Shown: positions 34,945-45,992 of the stretch, piece after piece
Layout of the letters: every line of letters begins with the position of its first letter
Position numbering within the stretch: position 1 is the stretch's first letter
Assembly: GCF_018977255.1 (NCBI RefSeq)
Contig: NW_024704743.1
Span: 15,688,001 to 15,752,000 of the forward strand
Direction of reading: 5' to 3'
DNA: 64,000 nt
Source: Callorhinchus milii
Lineage: Eukaryota
Made by a program: the position numbers and the translations under genes
Notes under the pieces: generated by a model
Databases searched by the model: none
Seen by the model: the letters and a program-made list of their open reading frames with translations, nothing else
Told to the model about the DNA's origin: nothing

Positions 34945-35088
34945 CAGGCAGAGGTGAGCGTTGGGATATTGCTGTGTTGCGAGTTGGCTGCAGCATTCGT
35001 CCACAAAACACAGTCGCCCTATTTTACAGTGTATGGTTTTGAAGGCTCTTTGAGACGCGTTGACGACGCGTTAAGGCGCTGTAACGGT
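34945..35088 (+). mobile_element. Intronic SINE 3' fragment (Deu-like segment and tail)
   Basis: GGGATATTGCTGTG..TTGGCTGC..CACAAAACACAGTC..CTTTGAGACG..AAGGCGCTGTA. Confidence 0.75.
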
Positions 35089-35199
35089 TATGCAACGATT
35101 GCCCGACCCAGACAGGGGTTTGTCTGGTGACTGGATTGATCGGGGTTATTCATTTGGGGTATGTTTTTTTTTTCTTCTTCTTCTTCTTCTCTCTGCTAG

Positions 35200-35975
35200 G
35201 TCCGACCCAGGATGTTGTGCACTTTCAGATCGCGATGGAAGGCGGCCGCGACCTGACCCTGGTGGACCAAGCCAACATCTGGCTCTACCTGAAACTCTCC
35301 AACAAAACCAACCGGAGCAGGAGCAAGGTCACAGTCAGGCTGTACCAGGCTGGGCAAGGTCAGGACGGGCAAGCCCTCGTCTCCGAGAAGCAGGTGGACA
35401 TCAAGAGGAGCGGCTGGCACACCATCCCGGTGTCCAGGAGCGCACAGGCCACGCTCGGCACCCAGGAGAGGTCTCTGGAGCTCAGGGTGACCTGCGAGCA
35501 GTGCCCGGAGGCGGGGGTCCGCCCTGTGCTGGCGGAGCCCACCGACAAGGAGGAGTCGCACCGGCCCTTCCTGATGCTCCTGGTGCGGGAAGTGCAGGAG
35601 CACACGCACCGCATCCGCAAGCGGGGGCTGGAGTGCGACGGCAAGATCAACATCTGCTGCAGGAAACAGTTTTACGTGAATTTCCGCGACATCGGCTGGA
35701 GTGACTGGATCATTGCACCGATCGGCTACTACGGCAACTACTGCGAGGGCGAGTGTCCGAGTCACATCGCGGGCACCTCGGGCTCCTCACTCTCCTTCCA
35801 CTCGGCCGTCATCAACCACTACAGGATCCGGGGCTACAGCCCGTTCAACAACATCAAGTCGTGCTGCGTGCCCACCAAACTGCGAGCCATGTCCATGCTC
35901 TACTACGACGACGAGCACAACATCGTGAAAAAGGACATCCAGAACATGATAGCGGAGGAGTGTGGCTGCTCGTAA
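35200..35975 (+). CDS. INHBA: Inhibin/activin beta A chain, coding exon 2 (rest of prodomain, furin site, mature domain 35625-35972)
   Basis: Polypyrimidine tract and TAG acceptor; the phase matches exon 1 (G+GT = Gly); [22 protein letters not shown]...[17 protein letters not shown]...EECGCS-stop; spliced CDS is 1161 nt = 386 aa. Confidence 0.98.
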
Positions 35976-36124
35976 GGAAGCCGCGGCAAAAAAAAGAAAA
36001 CAAAAATAAGGCGGCTTGTGAAGCCTGCGCGTCTCTCTCTCTCTCCCCCTCTCTCTCTCTCTCTCCCCTTCTTTCTCTCTCAAAAACACGCACACGCACG
36101 CACACACACGCACACACACACACA

Positions 36125-36290
36125 TGCACACGCACACACATGCACAAGCACTCAAACACATAGCTGCACACGCACACACATGCACAAGCACTCAAACACA
36201 CAGCTGCACACGCACACACATGCACAAGCACTCAAACATGCAGCTGCACACGCACACACATGCACAAGCACTCAAACACATAGCTGCAAA
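36125..36290 (+). repeat. 40-bp minisatellite x4 in the 3' UTR
   Basis: TGCACACGCACACACATGCACAAGCACTCAAACACATAGC-type units start at 36125, 36165, 36205 and 36245. Confidence 0.95.
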
Positions 36291-38663
36291 CACACACAGA
36301 GTCTCCTCTCGGAGCTCCAAGTGGGGGCGTCCTGAGTTGCAAGGCTGACGTTTCTTTTACAAGAAGGAAAAAAAAACACACCTGCAAATTGTTTGACACA
36401 CCAAAAACTGTTCCCAAACAAACCAACAAACAAACAAACAAACAAACAAGCAACGTGGATGAAGCTCGCAAGCATCGCAGGCAGCCCAACCCAGCCCAAT
36501 GTCAGGCTTGCTAAACCTGCTCCCTCTCGCCTCTGTTGGGGACAATTTGGGACCATCACAAGAGAGCGAGAACTTCACACCTAACCAGCCACCTGTACAC
36601 CCCCAACCCCCCCCCTCCCACCCCCCACCCCACCCTGCTCAGTCTTACAGCCGCCTACACTCAAAGCTGGCTTCTTCTTAGGGACAGGCTTCTCTGCTGC
36701 GTTTATTTTCAACGTGACAGATAGACACTCTTTGGCACTTTTGCAGACGAAATGCACAAGATCTCTTATCTGTCAAAGTGTCCAGCTTCACCAAGGTGCA
36801 CTGTTTTGCAAACCCACTCAACGTGTGTGGTGTGTGTGTGAGGTGCCTAAGATCAGAACTATGCAACCTACAAAAAAGGCTTTCATTGGTTTACCTAAAA
36901 GGAGACATTTCTATTGGAAGTAAATATTTAGTTATTTAGTCGAAAGATACTTGAAAGGAATGCGTTGCCCCAGCTGCTGGGTCAAACGCTATTTTTTTTA
37001 TTTTTTATTTTGCAACGTTTTGAACGTTTACGATTTGCACTAAAATGATATTTGCCTGTCTAACCGTATTTAAACAAAGTATTTGAAAGGATGGGGACTG
37101 CACTCAAAGTGTGTGTGTGTGTATAAAAAAAATGTTTCTATGAATTTTTGTATCAACGGACGAACAGACACCAAAGAGTTTTGTGTAAATGTGACATTGT
37201 GTGATGTCTGCAAGGACAATATTTAAAAAAAAAAGAAAAAAAAAAGAGATAAATATGAATCCAGTATCAGGGTTTGGTTGAAAAAAAAGTTTGGTTTGAT
37301 ACATTAGCACAAGTGCATCTGGATGTCTGGAGATAAAACATTAACAATCTGATCTGAGCAGATATTCAGATCCCAGGTGTAGTTGCACACTGTCTGAAGC
37401 GATTTAGCAAAAAAAAAAGCACTTCCACTTAGTGTGGTCTGCTCTATTCTTATTTAAGATTTTTGTTTTGATCAGCATCTTCTTGACTTAGAGGAAAACA
37501 AATCCTGAACTTTTGCTTAAAAATAGTAGGCCTATTTTTGTAACGATGTTGCTGGGGACAATTAAAATGTTACTGAGAAACATATATATTTGTTCTAGTA
37601 TTTTATGAGATATTGGAACCCTCGATCCAGGCTCCCAGAATAGCTGTCAGCTTTCACCAGGCTTTAAAGATGTGGAAGTAATACTTTAAATATCACTGGC
37701 AAATGTAAATGGCAAATTAGTCCTGAACGTTATTTACTTGTGTTGGCTTCCATTGTGCATTTCTCATGTTCATTTTAATGACAATTATGCCAGGTTTTCG
37801 CGTTGAAAAATCAAGAAAGAGACATCGGAGTTTGCCTCCTTTTCCAGTGACTGGGTTTAAGTTAAGTCGAGCAGGACTTGTGTGCAGCTCAGTTGCTGCT
37901 TTATACGTTCCATTCAAAGTGACATGACTTTTATTTTTGTTTGTCCATCTGCCTTCTGATCCGAAGCCGGACTTAACATAAACAAAAGTGGTCTTTCTTT
38001 CCACCCTAAATCGCGAAAGAACCGACGGCTGTTTTGGTGGCTCTTTCCCCCTTGTAATGCTGGCAAGAGTGAGGGTGGGTGGCAGTCAGGAAGCAGATTG
38101 TGGGACATGAAGTGCCTGTGACCAGACTCTTGTGTTTTCAATGGGACTTGGGACCAAAAAGAAACTACAACTTCCAGACTGCATCGCTACCCAAATCGCA
38201 TCCAGTTGGACCCGAGGAAATAACCACTTATTCAACTAGAGGCGTCCAGTGGAACATTCTCAGTTGACTATGAAAGCAGAGACATTTGCGAAGCGAGAGA
38301 GTCCTTGTAACCTTTCTGACTCGCTGCTGGTAGCGTCCTTTTGTGGTCTTGTCAGCTGGCGACAGATACATCGTTGAGCAAGAAAAGAGGAGTCCGTTTT
38401 ATGTGCCTCTTTGGGCTACATGTATTTTTTACACATCCCTCTGTACAAAACCATAAGATACTGTACATATATTTCTTCGATTTGCAATCTTTTATATTGC
38501 CCTCAGAGGCAGTTTCCTTTTGTTGGTCTGGACAAGGGTGTTTTTAAGTTTGGAGTGGAAAAGGTTATGCAGTAATGTCAGTCGTCGCATGAAAGTATTA
38601 TTTAAAATTAACAGATGGCATGAAATAGGAGCTGTTATGCAGTGCAGAGACAATAATAAAAAA

Positions 38664-38772
38664 TAATATAATCCTTACATTTGATATAGCGCCTTATCAC
38701 GTCTTTGAGACGTCTCAAAGCACTTCACGGAATATACTGTAAAGTGAATTGACTGTATATTTTGTGGGCGAA
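38664..38772 (-). mobile_element. SINE 3' fragment, well preserved
   Basis: Close match to the shared tail sequence. Confidence 0.88.
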
Positions 38773-40304
38773 AGACAATTACTGGAGTAGCATTGATGTT
38801 GCAGTAGCACTTTCCCTCGCCGTTTTATGTTTAGCTATTGAAATATATAACTAACAATTCTGTGGTTGTATTATCCCAAATTATTTATTATACAATGAAG
38901 AAAAAATCAAACCTATGTTTTATCTCGGCGCTGCCGAAAGACAGCGATTGTTGTTATGAGTCAATCATCCCTCTATTTGGGGCCTTGAGTAGCAGTGGAG
39001 TGTTAGCTCAATGACACCAACTTGTTCAGTAAAAATACTGTAATGGGTTTCTCTGAGCACTTGGAACAATGTCATTTGAACCAATGCCCCATTGAAATTC
39101 ACACAGGGCTTCGACAAATTGACCTCAAAATTCAACATAATGACACATCCATCATAAACTGAATCCCGTTCAGGAAATTATGTGTGGGTGGAAAGGTGGT
39201 GGGGGGGGAGTGTGTTCTCATTACATATTAGCCTAATATGATTTCAAATGTAAAATTTATTTATGCACTTATATATTATTTTTTATAATCAGCAGCATTG
39301 AGATACATTCAATCTGCTACTTCAGTTTCTAATGTGAAAACAATTATAACTCAACCCAGAACCTTTATTATACTGTAATTCAAAAAAGTGGTACATTAAT
39401 CCAAAAAGGATAGCAATTCAACAACCAACTCTGTCAAATTATGTAAACAATACAACACTAAAACTTCTCATTTGTAGCACTTATTTATTTTAATATACAA
39501 TTCCTCTACATTGGCAGATCTGACTAGGATTCCTAAGATGCTGTTCTACGAATCTGTTTACTGGGTAGTTAGTTTCTGTTGCTAAATGGGCCCAGGAGGT
39601 CCTTGTCTGCTTCTCTTGTTAGAACCTATCAAATTAGACTCCAGATTGATAAGCAATGGCCGAGAGAAGGTGCAGCTCCACTTTAAAATGTATTGAAATG
39701 TATTAAAAACTAATGTGAAATGTTTCATTCACTTGAAGCCTGATGCATACCAAGATGTATTGAATAGATTAGACTTTATTCTAGATGGGAATGGGAGCCA
39801 GGAAGCCTAAGGATGTAGAAATATCAGTACAAACATTACAGGCCTTTTTAAAAAGAATATCACATTATTTGTACCTATGGATATATTCCTATTAAGTCTC
39901 TAAGTACCCCTTTTAACCCAATCCTTCCCACACATTCGATGCGTTTGCTTTAAAATAGATTAAATGCTGCAAATGATTTTGCAAAGCAGTAAATACAGTA
40001 CAATTCAGACAGTTCTGCCCGTTAAACCATCACTGTAATCCACAGCTCTTTTATTAACCTAAATATGTGTTCAATGTTATACAGCAGGTATAATACGAAC
40101 ACTGTAACTCTTCCTTTGTTTTAAGTGCATCCTATCTAGACCAACAGGGGGATACTATCTCATTTAATTTGCTGTGCATTTGAAATATAATGCTTTAAAG
40201 CAATGTTTGTTAGGCTAATATGATCTTAAATGTAAAATTAATTTATGCACATATATGTGTAAACAGTATGATTTGATCATTTAATATTTATTGTATAAAC
40301 AGTA

Positions 40305-40310
40305 AATAAA
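40305..40310 (+). terminator. Candidate distal polyadenylation signal of INHBA
   Basis: AATAAA at the end of an AU-rich block (TATTTATTGTATA..) and followed by T-rich sequence. Confidence 0.45.
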
Positions 40311-41069
40311 TGTTTATTTTTCAGTTGCATAAAGGGATATTAACATATGTTGCAAACTATTGTTCATGCTGCATGTTGGATGGTGTTTGTGGAATAAAGC
40401 TGTTACCAGCAGAAAATGACTTAAAGCACAGATTTACTGAAGTCACTGCATTTCCTGTACATAACCAAAAGCAAACACACCTTCAGTTGAAATAACTAGA
40501 ATAAAAAAAACACTGACACAGTTCATTTTTATCTCTGCTATTTGTTTAACCCAGGAAATGCAGTCACTTACATTATACTGTGCCAATCATTTAAGAGCGG
40601 AACCCCCAAGTTATTTGAATGTGACAAATTGTCAGGGTAATGCTGTCAAATTCTCTTATTAAAAAAAATAACTTGAATCTACAGATTTCTTAAGAAATAA
40701 TTAGGTTTATCCTTTTGAGTACTGAATTTTCATTTATTTCTACAATTATGTAGACATCAATGTCACATCCACAATAAAGAACAAATTATGTTTTTAAAAC
40801 TGATGTTTGTTTTATTCCACAGTTTGTGGAGAAGTGACCCATTCCAACAGTTAACTAAAAGACTAATATTAACTCCACATTACAGAAACCAGAAGTACAT
40901 CACAACAATACTTAGGTATTTGACCTGCTCTGGTGCAATCTATAGGTGAAGTGACATGCCTTTGGTTATTGGAAGGAATCGCCATTCACGTTTCGTATTA
41001 AGGAATACCACTGTGTATTAGACACCCATTGAACACTACTTTCATAGAGACAGTTATAATGCTGGAATG

Positions 41070-41487
41070 ATAATAGTAATCTTTGGATTTGATAGATCAC
41101 CTTGTCACATAATTGAAACATTCTTGAGCGTTTCATAGAACGATATTGTAAAGTTTAGTGATTGTGTCCCTGTAGCTGAATGTGACAATTAGCCATAGGT
41201 AGCCATGAGTGAATGTCCAATTTTATTTGGGGGATTGTGGGCCAGGACAACAAAATAAATTCCCTTCCCTTTACGAATAGTGCCATAGAATCTTTGATGT
41301 GCACCTGAACAGATAGGCAGGACCTCAGTGTAACACATCATTCAAAGACCGCATCTCCGACCACATACATTGCTCAGCATTACGTTGGAGCCTGCCCTCG
41401 ACTGAGTGAGCTCAAAGTCCCAATGTGACATAGAACCCATAACTTTCTGAATCAGATGTGATAGGGCTATCGACTGAGCCAGGCTGT
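41070..41487 (-). mobile_element. Deu-domain SINE family B, near full length, old
   Basis: Tail, Deu core and tRNA-like head (TAGAACCCA...CTGAGCCAGGC). Confidence 0.8.
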
Positions 41488-42274
41488 ACTTTCGAGCACA
41501 TTATTAAACATTCAACTGTGAGCGAGTTATTGTTAGACCCATTTTTGTTGTTCAGATTTGGGTCCAGTGCTCTGAGATGGTCTTGGCTTGTGCCTATTTT
41601 CTTTGGACAAAGTGCTTTGTGGTCACTTGGAATTTGAGATTACTGTGTGCAACTTGACTGCACGTTTGCCTACAAAACACACAGTGACTCAATTTTACAG
41701 TATGTCCTGTGTGGAGCTCTTAGACATTCTCCTGACGTGAAAGATGCTATACCAAATGCAAGGATGATATTGATGACAGGTCAGTTGCATTTTTGCCTTA
41801 CCTGGAAGTGGACCACAGATATGTGTCATGTGTTTGTGCTCCATGCTCCTTACCTTACAAGTTAGAAACCTGTTCTTAGTTAAACTAACATGTTTACTTG
41901 TAATATAAAATATTTAAGAATATAAAATAGATTAACGGTCTCTTACAATCAGTGAATGCTCCCACATCACATTTGGAATGGCAGGAAATTTGTAAATGGC
42001 CCACTAATCTACACTTGCAGAAATGTAGATGGATTTGAATTGTGAAGATTTACCAATTCCAATTAGAATGATGACAGATAGTCAGCGGTAGCTGGTGGCC
42101 TTTTTGACAGGTGAGTCACACTTCCTCCTTAGGCAATCCATGAGTTTGCTTCACCAAGATAATATTGTTACCATTGCAACCGGCCTTTCTAGCATGCACA
42201 ATGTCTTGGCCTTTCTACCACTCACTTTGCTCCTGCTCTGATACTGCCTTGCTCCCATGCATATTGTGTGCACA

Positions 42275-42572
42275 TCTGTCCTTTGGATGAGAGGTTAAGC
42301 CGAGGCCCTGTCCGCCTGTTCAGACGGACTTTAAAGATCCCATGGCACTATTGGATTAGAGAGGGAATTTCTCACGCTGTCCTGGCCAACAATCCCTGAA
42401 ATAAAATTGGTCGCTCACTCCATGGCTGTTTGTGGGACATTGCTATGTGCAAACTGGCTGCCACAGTTTGCCCACAAAATACACAGTCACTTCACTTTAC
42501 AGTAGCTCCTTTAAAGCTTTGAGACATCTCGACAATGTAATAAGGTGGTATATCAAATGCAGGGATTATTAA
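42275..42572 (+). mobile_element. Deu-domain SINE family B
   Basis: GGATGAGAGGTTAAGCCGAGGCCCTGTC...AAAGATCCCATGGCACTATT...tail. Confidence 0.88.
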
Positions 42573-44291
42573 TATATTAATTTGGTAGCACCTACACATT
42601 AGGACATGACAATACTGTTTTGATTGCACAATGTTTAAAAGACTTGTGCGTATTTATGTTGGAGCAGACTTGTTTGCTAGCCATCGGTTTGGTGCAATTA
42701 AATGCAGTTTTTGGTTGCAACTTCAATGAGAGCAATATCACAAGCCAGTCCTCCAATAATATGGTATACCTTAATCTTATATCTGTACCCTAAATGGTAT
42801 TGTATAGAAAGCCACAATATGAATGCAACTGCTGCAGTGTCAATGCAGTAAGCTCATACAAGGTAGATACAGATGTTTCTGTGCAATGAAGTAATGCATT
42901 GCAGCCCTAGGGAAAGGGGTCAGTATTTCCAATCCTTGAAACTTCAAAAGTTTTATCAGCTATTCGTCTTCATTAACTCGTTGAATGCAATTACATCAAT
43001 GCTTTTCCTTTAAGGATATTATGTTGTAGCAACTGTCTCTATTATAGATTACTCTGCAATGTTACCATTTCCGCATGTGATCCATAGAGTAGGGGAAATG
43101 TAACCTCACAGTGTAGTATAGGCACATGGAGAACAGCTATAGATGTTGTACATTAAGTTGAATGCAGTGCCAACATTGCATTTATGATATAAAGACAATG
43201 ATTGCAATGTCATGAAAAAGATGATTACGTTTGATATAGTGCCTTTCAGGAGGATGTCTCAAACCGCTTCATGGGATATTTTTTAAAGTGCAGTGAATAT
43301 ATATTTTGTTCTGTTTCGGAATATTTCTGAAATACTGCAGAGTAGTTTGGTAGGTACCATCTTAAAGAAAAGAAACACTTGTAATAATATTCAAATTCTT
43401 TGCCAGTACTATCATATAAACTTGAATTTCAATGTTTATACCTATTTACGTTTTATGCAGATTTGTTTTAAAAAAAAGTCTTCAGTGAAATTCCAAATTT
43501 TATTTAATTCTGAAGGCTTTTGGTTTAACGCAATCTCAGTAACGGATAAATTCTTTGTAACTCCCAGCTCACAATAATTGGATTCAGAGAAAGGGTTATG
43601 CTTGAAGTTTCCTTTTTATATAAAAAGAGAAGAAAGTTATGGAAGTGGTTTTGGTGTCCTGACCAGTCTGACTCAGAGGACCAAAAATATTCTTGTTAAG
43701 TAACTCATTTATTCATTTAATGCTGTACTATGACTGTGACTGCAGGAGAGGCTGAGAGAGGAAAACACCATCAGAACTTCTCTGTGAAACCAACATAATT
43801 GCAATAACGGTTCCAATATTATTTTAAATGTTATAATAAAATCTTTCATTGGCTGTTGAAAAATGTTCATTCATTGCACTTATCTTTTCAGTACATTGTA
43901 GGTAATTTGAAAAGCATACACTATGTCACTAATTGGTTCCAAGATTTTAATGAATTAACTCTTGAAACAAACAAGCACATTCTCAGGTGCAGGGGATTAT
44001 GTTGAGCTGCCTACATCGTAACCCAGAAGTAATGCTGATGGCGTTGCATGACCATCGCCAACCATTTTAATTGTAGAGTTATGTCCTTATCATTATTCAG
44101 TACAAATGTACGGTATAAAGAGAATAACTTGCTTTGGAGCAGTGGGATACAGGAAACCATTCAACATGTTTACCTACTCACACTTCAGGGGTTTTAGTTA
44201 CATCTTTACAACATGATTCGGCAAAGTATTTTCTCCACTCCTCCTGAGTCATATATATATAGGTTTGTAATTGCTTTCCCATATAGTGGCT

Positions 44292-44830
44292 ATGCAGTAT
44301 TCCAAGGTGCTGCTGATGACAGGTCAGTATTCACTGGGAACAGAAGTCACCTTTCACTCAGCTCCTGTTAACTCTACAAGTCAAAGTTCCAATGGGTGGG
44401 GTGGTCCTATCTGATTAAACAGTAGGAGGCTTGACAGACAGTGCTTTCAATGGTAAGCTATACTATTTTAGCTGGTTAAACTCTATCAGTACCCCAACAT
44501 CCCCTGGGCTATTGGAGGCTCAGCTCTTGCCAACCTGCGGCTACTCTCTGGGATTCGGAAAGTATGGTGTGTCCCTCCAAAGTGCACAAGGAAATTTACA
44601 TGTGTAGGTGGCATATTGTGCATATGTAGAACTTTCAGTCTGGTCTGGATACACAATACTCATTCTACTACACTTTACAGTTCACGCTATGAGGCTATTT
44701 GAGAAGTCCTCTCAATGTGAAAGACTTATATGTGAAAGGCTTCCTCCCAATGTGATTATTTATTGTTATATACTGTTAAGTATGGTGGAAGGTTTTCACA
44801 TGTGTCATACATCTGGTTGATCAAAAAAAA
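44292..44830 (+). repeat. Unclassified repeat family X, interrupted by an L2/SINE tail at ~44665-44765
   Basis: CACTCAGCTCCTGTTAAC, TTTTAGCTGGTTAAACTC, CAGTACCCCAAC; 3' end CACATGTGTCATACATCTGGTTGATC(A)n. Confidence 0.7.
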
Positions 44831-45689
44831 GTGACTATATTTTGTCTTAATGTGATCTAAGTTGTGAAAATCACACTAGATTTTGTCACTAGGGAAACCC
44901 GAATATGCTGACCCTCTGAAACTGCTCAAATTGCTGACTACAGAGAAGGTGAAACAGAGACTGGGGTTCGAGCAGAGCTCTGGGTTTTGCTATTTACAAA
45001 CCTTTTTTTGAATTTTGCAAATTCAACACCAATATTACCCCGGTTAAGTTTTCCTGAGGGTACAACATTCCTCATCCAATACATAACAATAATCCTTCCT
45101 TTCGATATAGCGCCTTATCATGCTTCACAGAACATATTGGAAAGTGGATCGACTATGCATTTTGTGGGTGAAACGACTTGACTATTTGTGACTTGCAGTG
45201 TTCTAGGATGTTGCCCTCTAGCTGCTTCCACAAAGGGACAGGTGGTTGGTTCAGTGCTTCAATTCTCAATAACATTTGCAAATAGCAAAACCCTGCTTGA
45301 GCACCAATCTCAGTTCCCCCGATTGTGAAGTCAACGTATTTAGTAGAGTTTCAGAGGATCAGAGTTTCCCGGGATTCCCTAGTTACAAATACTTTTGGGA
45401 ATCTTTCAAATTAAATATTTGAATTTATTCGAATTCAGTGAAGCCCAAGTCTGTGGCCCAATGTTGTTGGTGACTTATTTCATTTCCGACTGACTTATTC
45501 CCTTTCTTGGCCCGTGCTCAGTCTCTGCTCCTCCTGTAATGCACGACTAACACTACAAATTCAGACAGCAGGGAGCATGATTGAGGAAAACTCATCGCCA
45601 CTCGGTGGCATAATATGTCGGAAGGCCATGCACTGCCTTGAAAATAATAAGAAGCCTCTGCTTAGAAGGAAATAACATATTTTGTAAAG

Positions 45690-45992
45690 AGTTTACCACT
45701 TTGAAATGTTTCAAAGCTATTACCATCAAGTGTAGTAACTGTTTTTGTAAGGCAAACACTGCAGGCATTTTGCACATAGCAATGTCCCACAAATAGCCCT
45801 GAAGTGAATGATCAATTATTGTTGACCAGGACACAGACTCCCTTCTCTTTTCAAATATTGTCGTGGTTTAACATCTCATGATTGAAAATACGCCACTCCC
45901 GCCAATACTGTACTGGAGGGTCAGCCTGAGTACAAGTCCCAATGCCCACAACCCTCTGATCCAGAGGCGAGAGTACTACCAACAGAGCCAAA
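45690..45992 (-). mobile_element. Deu-domain SINE family B, internally deleted
   Basis: GCACATAGCAATGTCCCACAAA, GGTTTAACATCTCAT, head CCCACAACCCTCTGA..GAGAGTACTACCAAC. Confidence 0.7.

Noticed and set aside
35127..35199. N-terminal extension of the 282-aa ORF
   Set aside because: This is the intron's polypyrimidine tract (poly-Phe); the exon begins at 35200.
35196..35765. Antisense and alternative-frame ORFs over exon 2
   Set aside because: Expected shadow ORFs of a GC3-rich CDS; no recognisable domain.
36125..36290. CRISPR-like array
   Set aside because: Head-to-tail repeats without unique spacers, in a eukaryotic UTR.
37312..37390. Imperfect ~17-bp stem in the 3' UTR
   Set aside because: Relies on G-U pairs and bulges; not distinguishable from background without folding statistics.
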